Origin: an uncultured Candidatus Saccharibacteria bacterium
GTDB lineage: Bacteria > Patescibacteriota > Minisyncoccia > Phycocordibacterales > CAYGLL01
Length of the DNA: 64,000 nucleotides
Reading direction: 5' to 3'
Assembly: GCA_964350935.1 (NCBI GenBank)
Contig: CAYGLL010000001.1
Coordinates: 38,090-102,089 of the forward strand
The translations under genes were made by a program, and so were the position numbers. The notes beneath the pieces were generated by a model. The model did not search any database, was not told the DNA's origin, and saw only the letters and a list, made by a program, of their open reading frames with translations. Shown piece by piece: positions 20,848 to 29,493 of this stretch (position 1 is its first letter; each line of letters opens with the position of its first letter).

Positions 20848-22242
20848 ATGCAACACATTTTTCTAACGCTTTCGAATAGGGCGGTGTACCGCAATTTCTT
20901 CTTTTTTCCGAAGAGCTTTTTTTATACGCTCTGTAAAACAGCGAAAGATAAAAATTTTAAAGTTATTGTTCTGGTTGAGGCAAAAGATGTTCCTAAATAT
21001 CGCGAGCAGATCAAGAGTGAGATTGGCCTCCATTGCGATATCGAAGGTGTTGAGGTAACGATACCTGTGACTCGCCTCGGTAAACTATTCTATTTTTTCT
21101 ATTCTTACCTTATTTACACTGACACAACGAAACTACTTGCGACATTCGGTACGCGTCCTGATGAGCCGCCGGCGGGCGGAAAGCGTTATCTTCAGCCTCT
21201 CAAATGGCTTATTTCACGCACGTTCGGTTTAATTCCTCCCATAAAGACGAAACTTGTTCCCTGGCTTTTCATTCGTATATATTCGGATAAGCGGCCGTTT
21301 CAGACGCTGTTCAAAAAATATTCACCGAAACTTATTTTCACGTCTCACCTCTACGGGTGGTTCGATCAGACGCTTCTTGCGGAAGCGAAGCGCCAGAAAG
21401 TAAAAACCCTGGGCATGGCCGCAAACTGGGATCACCTGGATAAATATTTTCTGCCGCTTCATGTCGACACTTTTGTAGCTCAGAGTAATGAGAGAATTGA
21501 TCCGGCGATGCGGTATCAAAATTATTCACGCGATTCAGTTGTTATCTCAGGCTACCCGCATTTTGATTTCATTACGGAACGCTCGTATGTAATCTCGCGC
21601 GCCGATGTGTTAAAGAGCCTCTCGCTTCCACCCGATGCAAAATTTATTCTCTATGCATCTGGCAGCACCTATTGCCCTGATGAGCCTGAGGTTATCGGAG
21701 AAATAATTAAATGGATCGAGGCCGGGGTGTTCGGCAGTAATGTTTATCTTCTGGTACGGCCCTACTTGGGCGGCCGTGGCAAAGATCGTGAGTTTGACGA
21801 GGAAAAATTTAATACGTTTGAACAGCATCCGCGGGTGAGGTTTTACCGCAAAGATTTTTGGGCAGATCTTAACTTCGGCATTGAGTTTATGAATATTCTT
21901 CGTCAGGCTGATGTAGTAGTGGCAATCTTCACCACTATGGCTCTTGAAGCGGTGGTGCTCGACCGCCCTGTTGTTGCCGTGGGTTTTGATGGCTTTCGCA
22001 TACGGCCGTTCCGTCGTTCGGTCAGACGTTTTGAGCTCTTCGTTCATTTTCAACAGGTACGCAAAACAGGTGCGATGCAGACAGCGCGAACGTTCCCCGA
22101 GCTTCAGAATATGATCAAAGAGAATATCGACAATCCGACGCTTAAGGCTAAGGAGCGGGCGGTAATGAGGGAGTTTATCGCGGGGCCGCTCGACGGGAAG
22201 GCATCGGAGCGAATTACTAAGGTTATAACAGATAATTTGTAA
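20848..22242 (+). CDS. TagB/TagF-like glycerophosphotransferase family protein, paralog 2
   Basis: Collinear similarity to 19418-20824 (compare ...AEAKRQKVKTLGMAANWD with ...REAKRRGVPSVGMVFSWD); C-terminal DGKASERITKVI motif. Confidence 0.55.
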   Translation: MQHIFLTLSNRAVYRNFFFFPKSFFYTLCKTAKDKNFKVIVLVEAKDVPKYREQIKSEIGLHCDIEGVEVTIPVTRLGKLFYFFYSYLIYTDTTKLLATFGTRPDEPPAGGKRYLQPLKWLISRTFGLIPPIKTKLVPWLFIRIYSDKRPFQTLFKKYSPKLIFTSHLYGWFDQTLLAEAKRQKVKTLGMAANWDHLDKYFLPLHVDTFVAQSNERIDPAMRYQNYSRDSVVISGYPHFDFITERSYVISRADVLKSLSLPPDAKFILYASGSTYCPDEPEVIGEIIKWIEAGVFGSNVYLLVRPYLGGRGKDREFDEEKFNTFEQHPRVRFYRKDFWADLNFGIEFMNILRQADVVVAIFTTMALEAVVLDRPVVAVGFDGFRIRPFRRSVRRFELFVHFQQVRKTGAMQTARTFPELQNMIKENIDNPTLKAKERAVMREFIAGPLDGKASERITKVITDNL

Positions 22243-22245
22243 TAC

Positions 22246-22887
22246 ATGCAGTGGGAAGATTGGAAAGAAAAAGATGGCAGCAAGATTGTTGCAGGCGGAA
22301 AGGCTTCAACGCTTGCGGTGAAGTTTGCTCCAAGTACCACGGCGCAGCTTTTAGATATTGGAAGCGGTAATGGGCTTTTCATTCAGGCGATCAGCTCATC
22401 GTCACTTTCCATTACTGCCGCTGACCTCGATAATTTTCTTTCACCTGAGGCCGGAAAGCGCAGTAGCGCGTTTGTAAAACTTAATATTGATGAAGCGTGG
22501 CCGGTGGCGAATGCTTCGGTTGATATGATCACCATGTGGAATGTGCTTGAACATGCCGAGAATCCGGCGCATGTGTTGCGAGAAGCCGATCGAGTACTTC
22601 TCCCGGGCGGTGTCTTTATTTTCTCAATGCCGAATATTTTCAATCTGAAAAATCGCCTCTATTTTTTACGTACAGGAGAAATGAGACGCTTTCGCGGAAC
22701 GAATAGCCACATCGCGATTCTTACCGCGACCGTTTTAAAGAAATTGTATAAAAAGTACTTTGAGTGTCTTGAGGTTGGGTACGCCGCAGTGGACAGGGTG
22801 TGGGGAGGAGGTGTGGTACAGAAAATACTCCCTGAAAACCGTCTTTTCGGTCATACGATTTACTACGTTCTTAAAAAGAAGCCATAA
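22246..22887 (+). CDS. Class I SAM-dependent methyltransferase
   Basis: LLDIGSGNG SAM motif; LLPGGVFIFSMPN post-I motif; paralogous to the minus-strand gene at 24549-25313. Confidence 0.6.
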   Translation: MQWEDWKEKDGSKIVAGGKASTLAVKFAPSTTAQLLDIGSGNGLFIQAISSSSLSITAADLDNFLSPEAGKRSSAFVKLNIDEAWPVANASVDMITMWNVLEHAENPAHVLREADRVLLPGGVFIFSMPNIFNLKNRLYFLRTGEMRRFRGTNSHIAILTATVLKKLYKKYFECLEVGYAAVDRVWGGGVVQKILPENRLFGHTIYYVLKKKP

Positions 22888-22898
22888 TCGCGGGTCTA

Positions 22899-22927
22899 TT
22901 GTCAATTACTCGCCAAGCGTGTATTGT
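22899..22927 (+). promoter_or_regulatory. Promoter TTGTCA-17-TATTGT with extended motif ggTCTATTGTCAAtt
   Basis: Found upstream of the NeuB-like gene; it shares the CTATTG(A/T)CA extended -35 with four other sites. Confidence 0.4.
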
Positions 22928-22974
22928 AACGATTTGTCGGGTGTCGGAGTTTACTTTCTACACAGAGAAAAAGT

Positions 22975-24519
22975 ATGGCCCAAACAAATACGCGATTTGA
23001 TTTCAATAACCTCTTCACCTTTGAGATGGCTAATAACCACCAGGGAGATGTTTTGCATGGAAAAAAAATAGTTGAGGCGATGTCGAAGATTGCCAAGGAG
23101 TTTAACATTCGTGCTGCGGTAAAACTTCAGTTCCGTAATCTCGATACTTTCATTCACCCTGACTATCGAAAGCGCACCGATGTAAAACACATTCCACGTT
23201 TTCTCTCGACCGAACTTTCTAAAAAAGAATTTAAGACACTTGTTGACGCTGTTCGCGAAGAGGGGCTCTTTACCATGGCAACTCCTTTTGATGAAGTTTC
23301 AGTAGATTTTTTAACTGACCTTGGCGTTGAAATTATTAAGGTTGCAAGTTGCAGTGCCCACGACTGGCCGCTCTTGGAAAAAATTGCAGCAGTCGGAAAA
23401 CCGGTTATTGCATCCGTCGGAGGACTCACGCTTCCCGAAATTGATCGCGTGGTAAGTTTCTTCGAACATCGTGGAACTGATTTTGCACTTATGCACTGCG
23501 TTGCGGTTTATCCGACACCGTCTGAAAAACTTTCACTCGAACAGATTGCTCTCATGAAAGAGCGTTACCCGCAGCTTACCGTTGGCTTTTCAACTCACGA
23601 GCCGCCGGAAAATACAACCGCAATCGCGCTCGCATACGCTAAAGGCGCTCGCATCTTTGAAAAGCATGTCGGTGTTCCCACAAAAACAATTACGTTAAAT
23701 TCATATTCGGCAAACCCGGAACAAGCTCGCGCGTGGGTCGCTTCGTTTGTCGAAGCGGTTAAATCAATCGGTGAAGGAGAGCGGGTGATTGAAGAGGCTG
23801 AACGTGTCGACCTCAAATCTCTGATTCGCGGTGTCTACGCAAGGAAGCCTATTAAAAAAGGTCAGAAACTCAAAACGTCAGATGTATTTTTCGCCATGCC
23901 GTTTCAGGGAGATGAACAGATGAAGAGCGGTCGTTTTCGTGAAGGATTCGTGGCTGATAAAAATTATAAGAAAAACGAAGCATTGAATCGTTCGATTGAG
24001 CCCGTGCGGCCTACCAAAAAAGACATTGTGTACGGAACGGTCCGGGAGGTAAAAGCGATGTTAAACAAAGCACGCATTCCGCTCTCGCATGATTTTATGG
24101 TTGAGATCTCGCACCACTATGGATTGGAGAAGTTCAACGAAACCGGCTGCGTCATTATTGATTGTGTGAATCGTGAGTACGCCAAAAAACTCATTATTCA
24201 GTTACCCGGTCAGTTTCATCCCGTTCACTACCACAAACTTAAGGACGAAACGTTCCAGGTTCTCTCAGGGAGCATGGTTGCCAATATCGAAGGAAAGGAA
24301 CGTACGCTCTATCCTGGAGACACGCTGTGGGTTCCACGTGGAGTGTGGCACAGCTTCCACAGCGATACCGGGGTTATTTTTGAAGAGATTTCAACGACTG
24401 CATATGACATGATGGGCGATTCGTATTATGTCGACAAAAAAATTGCCGCAACACCGCGTGAGGTTCGCAAGACAAAACTTAATAACTGGGGACGCTACCA
24501 GTTTGAAAACGAGGAGTAA
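22975..24519 (+). CDS. NeuB-family nonulosonic (sialic/legionaminic/pseudaminic) acid synthase with SAF domain and extra C-terminal cupin domain
   Basis: FEMANNHQGD (AEIGxNHnG-like) TIM-barrel motif, SAF region (IKKGQKLKTSDVFFAMP), and a roughly 150-aa C-terminal cupin (GQFHPVHYHKLKDETFQVLSG...GDTLWVPRGVWHSF). Confidence 0.75.
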   Translation: MAQTNTRFDFNNLFTFEMANNHQGDVLHGKKIVEAMSKIAKEFNIRAAVKLQFRNLDTFIHPDYRKRTDVKHIPRFLSTELSKKEFKTLVDAVREEGLFTMATPFDEVSVDFLTDLGVEIIKVASCSAHDWPLLEKIAAVGKPVIASVGGLTLPEIDRVVSFFEHRGTDFALMHCVAVYPTPSEKLSLEQIALMKERYPQLTVGFSTHEPPENTTAIALAYAKGARIFEKHVGVPTKTITLNSYSANPEQARAWVASFVEAVKSIGEGERVIEEAERVDLKSLIRGVYARKPIKKGQKLKTSDVFFAMPFQGDEQMKSGRFREGFVADKNYKKNEALNRSIEPVRPTKKDIVYGTVREVKAMLNKARIPLSHDFMVEISHHYGLEKFNETGCVIIDCVNREYAKKLIIQLPGQFHPVHYHKLKDETFQVLSGSMVANIEGKERTLYPGDTLWVPRGVWHSFHSDTGVIFEEISTTAYDMMGDSYYVDKKIAATPREVRKTKLNNWGRYQFENEE

Positions 24520-24534
24520 AGGTGTAAAACAAAA

Positions 24535-24565
24535 AAGAGTGCCACCAATCAGGCACTCTTTTTTA
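24535..24565. terminator. Bidirectional intrinsic terminator between convergent genes
   Basis: AAGAGTGCC-ACCAATCA-GGCACTCTT 9-bp stem flanked by an A-run and TTTTTT. It overlaps the stop codon of the minus-strand methyltransferase gene. Confidence 0.75.
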
Positions 24566-25313
24566 ATACATAGCACACACGACGGCCAAACCACTCGCTG
24601 CGGGGAAGTACCTTCAGATGTTTCTTAAATTTCTTTCCGGTAATGTGCCTCAGGAGCGACGCGATTCTGCCCCAGAAAGGAAGCGAGCCGGTCTGATAAA
24701 TTGTTTCAACAAGTTCAAATTCAGTCGCGTATGTTTTTTCAAGTGTTGATCTCGTAAGGAAGAGAAGGTGGTTATTATCGCGCGTCCAGGGCGGCATATT
24801 CCCGGTTAAAAAATATTTTGCCCGGAAAGTGATGTTGTAGGGTGACGGTACTGAAAAGGTAAAGATACCTCCAGGTTTTAAGATACGCTTTGCTTCGCGC
24901 ATGATAAAAAAAGGATTCTCCAAGTGCTCGATTGTTTGGAATGCACAAACGAAATCAACGGAAGAATCGGGAAGGGGAATGCGTTCGAAATTGATGTCGA
25001 TCTTTAAAAACTCAATACGCTTCTTAGCCTCGTCCGAAAGATAGGAAACAATATCGGCCCCGTACATTTTTTTAAAGTAGTCGGGCTCTGAAAGCAGAGC
25101 TGCTCCTGATCCGCAACCTATATCAAGTGTGGCAGTATAGGGAGGATTCTGAAGATAGGTGGTAAGGATGTGTTCGTAGGTGCCGTCGGCAATTGTCCAG
25201 GGAACCATGCCTTCGATCTTGTGGTACGCAATGTCTTTCTCTTTTGCCTCAACTGAGGAGATGTATTTCACAGGGGCTAGAATATCAAGATTTAGGCAAT
25301 TTTCAAAGAACAA
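24549..25313 (-). CDS. Class I SAM-dependent methyltransferase (paralog of 22246-22887)
   Basis: LDIGCGSG SAM motif; ILKPGGIFTFSVP post-I motif; C-terminus ...RRVCYVLKKSA parallels ...HTIYYVLKKKP of the paralog. Confidence 0.65.
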   Translation of the reverse strand: MFFENCLNLDILAPVKYISSVEAKEKDIAYHKIEGMVPWTIADGTYEHILTTYLQNPPYTATLDIGCGSGAALLSEPDYFKKMYGADIVSYLSDEAKKRIEFLKIDINFERIPLPDSSVDFVCAFQTIEHLENPFFIMREAKRILKPGGIFTFSVPSPYNITFRAKYFLTGNMPPWTRDNNHLLFLTRSTLEKTYATEFELVETIYQTGSLPFWGRIASLLRHITGKKFKKHLKVLPRSEWFGRRVCYVLKKSA

Positions 25314-25363
25314 GAAAGTTGTGTTATTAAACAGTCTCGATTAGAGTTGTAACCATACTAGTC

Positions 25364-26722
25364 ATGAAAACAGTCTTTGTCTCAATCCTTTCCGGTATTG
25401 AAGCTAAGAGTATTTTGCGTACCAATGTGGTGGCGCGGATACTTGAACGGGAGGGCACCCGCGTCGTCCTATTAGTTAAAACGGCTGAGCGCGCCGAGTT
25501 TTATAAAAAGGAATTTCACCACGGGCATCTTGTCTATGAGGTCATCGGGCCGGAAGGTTTTTCACGCTTCGATCCGTTTATGGAATGGTTGAAGCACTAT
25601 CTTGTTAACACGAAAAGCCAGAAACTGTATCGACGGCTTGCTTTTCTTGAAAACAAAAATATTTTTGCGTATGTCTCAAGCTCGGTTTTCTCCGGTATTG
25701 TTTCAAATCGATTTTTTCGTAGTCTTTCAAGGTGGTTTGACCGTTTTGTAGTCCGCGATCACAACTTCGACGGTCTTCTTGAAAAGTATAATCCTGACGC
25801 TATTTTTCTTGCCAACCTTTTTGATCCACGGGAAATCAGCCTTTTGCGCGGGGCCCGAATAAGAAAAATTAAAACCATAGGATTTATCAACTCGTGGGAC
25901 AAAATTACGGCAAAGGGGTTTGTACGACTACTGCCTGATACACTGATTGTTCCCAATGATATTGTTAAAGACGAGGCGCTTCGCTACGTTAACATTTCCG
26001 CTTTGCGAATAGTTGTTTCCGGACCGCCGCAGTACGACACTTATTTTAATAGGGAAGGAATTGAGAGCCGCGAATCATTTTTAAAAAAAATTCACGCTGA
26101 TTCTTCGAAAAAACTCATTGTCTTTGCCCCGATGGGGTTGGCATTCAGCAACTCTGACTGGCAGGCGATTGATTACCTGCATGAAGTGATTGAGGGCCAT
26201 TTTAAAAATGATGCCGAGCTCCTCGTGCGTTTTCAGCCGAACGATTTTTTCGGTGATGAGGGTTTCAAAACACGCCCGTGGCTCAGGTTCGATCTTCCGG
26301 GCACCCGTTTTACCACAACGCGCGGCGTTGACTGGGATATGACGACTGACGATTTGATACATTTGAAAAACACACTTCACCATATGCATATGCTGATTTC
26401 GTACGCGTCCTCAATTGCGATTGACGCGGCCATTTTTGATAAGCCGGTGATTAACATTGGTTTTGAATTGCGTGATGATCAGTCGCCTCTCAAAACACCC
26501 ACCCTGCGTTACACCACCGCACATTATTCTAAGGCGCTTGATACGGGCGGTATTTTTTTGGCAACGACAAAAGAACATTTGATTGAGAAGATTCGAACCT
26601 ACCTCTCTGATCCCGCGACTGATGCCGGCGGGAGATCCCGATTGGTACAGGAACAGTGCTCGTTTACCGACGGAAAAGCCGGAGCGCGAATTGCAGAATC
26701 TATCCTTTCATGCCTACAATGA
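25364..26722 (+). CDS. TagB/TagF-like glycerophosphotransferase family protein, paralog 3
   Basis: Collinear with paralogs 1 and 2; C-terminal QCSFTDGKAGARIAESI motif. Confidence 0.55.
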   Translation: MKTVFVSILSGIEAKSILRTNVVARILEREGTRVVLLVKTAERAEFYKKEFHHGHLVYEVIGPEGFSRFDPFMEWLKHYLVNTKSQKLYRRLAFLENKNIFAYVSSSVFSGIVSNRFFRSLSRWFDRFVVRDHNFDGLLEKYNPDAIFLANLFDPREISLLRGARIRKIKTIGFINSWDKITAKGFVRLLPDTLIVPNDIVKDEALRYVNISALRIVVSGPPQYDTYFNREGIESRESFLKKIHADSSKKLIVFAPMGLAFSNSDWQAIDYLHEVIEGHFKNDAELLVRFQPNDFFGDEGFKTRPWLRFDLPGTRFTTTRGVDWDMTTDDLIHLKNTLHHMHMLISYASSIAIDAAIFDKPVINIGFELRDDQSPLKTPTLRYTTAHYSKALDTGGIFLATTKEHLIEKIRTYLSDPATDAGGRSRLVQEQCSFTDGKAGARIAESILSCLQ

Positions 26723-26735
26723 TCGTTATCTCACT

Positions 26736-27980
26736 ATGAACCAGCCACTACCACCTAAACGAAAAATTTGTGTCGTGAACGGAAAGCGTGGCGGTTTTAA
26801 CGCGCTTCTTCCCACCATGCGTGCGATCGATCAGTCGCCCGATCTTCTACTCCAGGTGGTGCTCACCGATATGCATCTTTCAAAGCAGTTTGGTCATACA
26901 CTCGACTATGCCAAGCGTTTTATCGATATCTCAAAAACCGTTCCTCTGAATCAGGCCGGTGATACACAGATTGATCGCATTCACGCGCTCTCGCGGGGTT
27001 TGGCGGGTATTGCAGATGCGTTTAATGAACTTAAGCCGGATATCGTTCTTTTGCTCGGAGACCGCTCAGAGACGCTTATAGCCGCTTTTGCAGCGGTTCA
27101 GCTGAAGATACCGGTTGCCCATATACAAGGGGGGGAGGTGTCGGGGAATCTTGATGAGATTCATCGCCACGCCATTACCAAACTTTCGCATATTCATTTT
27201 ACTGAAACAGAACTTGCACGTCGTCGAGTTCTTGAGCTCGGTGAAGAAATCTGGCGCGTGCATCGCGTAGGTGCTCCTTACATTGATTTTATTAATCTCA
27301 GACTATACACACCAAAAGAAGAGGTTCGGAAGAAATTCAACATGGGTTCCGATGAGAACTTTATTCTGGTGCTCCAGCATCCGGTCACCACTGAGCCTGA
27401 GAAGTCGAATGCTCATATGAAAGAAATTCTTGCGGCTGTTAAAGAAACTGGTTTAAAAGCGATTGTGGTCTACCCGTGTTCAGATCCCGGTTATCAGGGA
27501 ATCATTGATGCGATCGAAGAAGAAAAAAATAATCCCGAGATTTCGATTTACAAAAATATTCCGGCGGAAGACTTTATCGGATTGCAGGCCGCAGCGTCAG
27601 TTTTTGTCGGAAACTCAAGTGCGGGTGTGTATGAAGCGCCGTACCTCAAGTGTCCTTTTGTAAATGTCGGCCGTCGACAGATCAAACGCGAGCGCGAGAA
27701 CAACTCGATCGACGTTTCTCCCACCAAAGAATCAATCGCGGCGGGAATTCATAAAGCTCTTCACGACGAATCATTCAGAAAATCTCTCGAAACTGTTTCG
27801 TTTGTGTACGGCGACGGCACTGCATACCGCAGTATCGTCAACGTGCTTCGAAAAATTCCACTGGGACGACGTTTGTTTGAAAAGCGTCTCACCTACATGA
27901 GTACCCGCCGCCGTCTCTATAATCGCTATATAAAAAGGTACGTCGATCTTCTTCGTCGTTTAAAACCGTCGAGAAAATAG
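26736..27980 (+). CDS. UDP-N-acetylglucosamine 2-epimerase, hydrolysing type (NeuC-like)
   Basis: ICVVNGKRGGFNALLP...LLLGDRSETL...HIQGGEVSG...HRHAITKLSHIHF motifs of the UDP-GlcNAc 2-epimerase family. Start set at ATG 26736 (MNQPLPP); the ORF-track start at 26583 overlaps the upstream gene. Confidence 0.7.
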   Translation: MNQPLPPKRKICVVNGKRGGFNALLPTMRAIDQSPDLLLQVVLTDMHLSKQFGHTLDYAKRFIDISKTVPLNQAGDTQIDRIHALSRGLAGIADAFNELKPDIVLLLGDRSETLIAAFAAVQLKIPVAHIQGGEVSGNLDEIHRHAITKLSHIHFTETELARRRVLELGEEIWRVHRVGAPYIDFINLRLYTPKEEVRKKFNMGSDENFILVLQHPVTTEPEKSNAHMKEILAAVKETGLKAIVVYPCSDPGYQGIIDAIEEEKNNPEISIYKNIPAEDFIGLQAAASVFVGNSSAGVYEAPYLKCPFVNVGRRQIKRERENNSIDVSPTKESIAAGIHKALHDESFRKSLETVSFVYGDGTAYRSIVNVLRKIPLGRRLFEKRLTYMSTRRRLYNRYIKRYVDLLRRLKPSRK

Positions 27981-27996
27981 TTTTCCTTACATACAA

Positions 27997-28027
27997 AAAA
28001 TACCCACTATTGACAGGGTATTTTTTG
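27997..28027 (+). terminator. Rho-independent terminator with a -35-like TTGACA in its loop
   Basis: AAAATACCC-ACTATTGACA-GGGTATTTT followed by TTTTTTG. The loop carries cACTATTGACAggg, which doubles as a candidate -35 for the SQD1-like gene. Confidence 0.7.
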
Positions 28028-28127
28028 TATGTAATCTAACGTCTATGTCTGAAACACTATCACTACGGTAGGGGTTTCAGTTGGTACAGCTCTTTACAAT
28101 AACAACCAACAACAAAGGAACAATAGA

Positions 28128-29345
28128 ATGAAGATTATGATCCTGGGCGGCCTCGGTTATTTGGGCCATCCCACCGCACTGCATTTCTCTAATCGCGGCC
28201 ATGAAGTCACGATTGTCGATAACGACATCAAACGTCATTGGGAGTCTCAGGTAGGAGCCCAGCCCCTGTTTCCGATTCCGTTTCCGCTTCAGCGGCTTGA
28301 GCGTTGGAGGCAGGTGCGGCCGAACGCTGCTCCAATCAAGTTTTTCGCCTCGGACATCGCGAAGCATTACTCGAACATGGACGACATCATGCGGCAGGTT
28401 ATGCCGGATGTGATCATTCACTACGCTGAGCAGCCCTCAGCGCCGTTCTCGATGATCTCGCCGTCCCGCGCCGCGGAGACATTCACCAACAACTGCGTGG
28501 GGACTCTTTTTCTTCTCCATGCAATGAAAAATCATTGTCCCAATGCTCACCTGGTGAAGCTGGGGACGATGGGTGAGTACGGTACCCCGAACATTCCGAT
28601 CGAAGAAGGCTGGATCGAGATCGAGCACAAAGGCAAGAAGGATCGGCTACCGTTCCCGAAAATGCCCGGCTCGTTCTATCACGCCAGCAAGGTTGCTGAC
28701 TCGACCTTTATCGAGTTCACCTGCCGTGCGTGGGGAATCCGTGCAACTGACCTCAATCAGGGTGTCGTCTACGGAGTCTCAACTGAGGAAACTGACCTCC
28801 ATCAGGAACTCACTACCTCGTTCCACTACGATTCCTGTTTCGGGACGGTTCTGAACCGGTTTATCGTTCAGGCAGTCATCGGTCATCCGCTTACCGTTTA
28901 CGGTGACGGCGGACAGACTCGCGGCTTCCTGAACATCAGGGACACCATTCAGTGCGTTGAGATTGCAGTCAATAATCCTGCTGGTATCGGTGAGTTCCGA
29001 GTCCTGAACCAGTTCACTGAGATTTTTTCGGTGAAACAGTTGGCTGAAATGGTTGCCCGTGTCGGCGAGAAAGAACTTGGATCGTCAGTTAAAATCAAGT
29101 CGATCCCGAATCCTCGTGTTGAGAAGGAGGCGCATCTTTACGATGCGGCGAACAGCGCTTTCTTTGCTCTCGGGCTCAATCCAGTCTTACTCACCGATGA
29201 GGTGATCGCGTCCATGATCTCTCGCGTTGAGAAGGCTCGCACGAACATTCAGGCTTCGGTCATTCTGCCGCAGACGAAGTGGCGGCAGAAGCGCGAGCTT
29301 CGGCCTGCGACCGCTATGGTCACCGGCGGCGGTGATACAATCTGA
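28128..29345 (+). CDS. UDP-sulfoquinovose synthase (SQD1/SqdB/Agl3 family)
   Basis: MKIMILGGLGYLGHPTALHFS...VKLGTMGEYGTPNIPIEEG...FYHASKVADS...GIRATDLNQGVVYGV...GHPLTVYGDGGQTRGFLNIRDTIQCVE matches the conserved SQD1/SqdB signature blocks I recognise. The gene is monocistronic, bracketed by terminators at 27997 and 29369, and GC-richer than its neighbours. Confidence 0.7.
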   Translation: MKIMILGGLGYLGHPTALHFSNRGHEVTIVDNDIKRHWESQVGAQPLFPIPFPLQRLERWRQVRPNAAPIKFFASDIAKHYSNMDDIMRQVMPDVIIHYAEQPSAPFSMISPSRAAETFTNNCVGTLFLLHAMKNHCPNAHLVKLGTMGEYGTPNIPIEEGWIEIEHKGKKDRLPFPKMPGSFYHASKVADSTFIEFTCRAWGIRATDLNQGVVYGVSTEETDLHQELTTSFHYDSCFGTVLNRFIVQAVIGHPLTVYGDGGQTRGFLNIRDTIQCVEIAVNNPAGIGEFRVLNQFTEIFSVKQLAEMVARVGEKELGSSVKIKSIPNPRVEKEAHLYDAANSAFFALGLNPVLLTDEVIASMISRVEKARTNIQASVILPQTKWRQKRELRPATAMVTGGGDTI

Positions 29346-29368
29346 GACCTTTGTTGGTGGTTGGTGCA

Positions 29369-29399
29369 ACCGCCCTTGCGAAAGCAGGGGCGGTTTTTT
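29369..29399 (+). terminator. Rho-independent terminator
   Basis: CCGCCCTTGC-GAAA-GCAGGGGCGG (one G-U pair) followed by TTTTTT. Confidence 0.8.
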
Positions 29400-29415
29400 C
29401 TTGCGAACGTGTCTA

Positions 29416-29444
29416 TTGACAAAATCTAATATTTGGTCTATTAT
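29416..29444 (+). promoter_or_regulatory. Sigma70-like promoter TTGACA-17-TATTAT with extended motif gtCTATTGACAaaa
   Basis: Perfect -35, 17-nt spacer, TATTAT -10, about 50 nt upstream of ATG 29494. Confidence 0.55.
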
Positions 29445-29493
29445 ATTCCTCAGTTGTTTTTCGAAAAACCTTCAACCAAAGAAAGTTCTCACT

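Noticed and set aside
26583-26735. ORF-track N-terminal extension of the NeuC-like epimerase gene
   Set aside because: It overlaps the 3' end of the third TagF-like gene, and the conserved epimerase N-terminus starts at MNQPLPP (26736).
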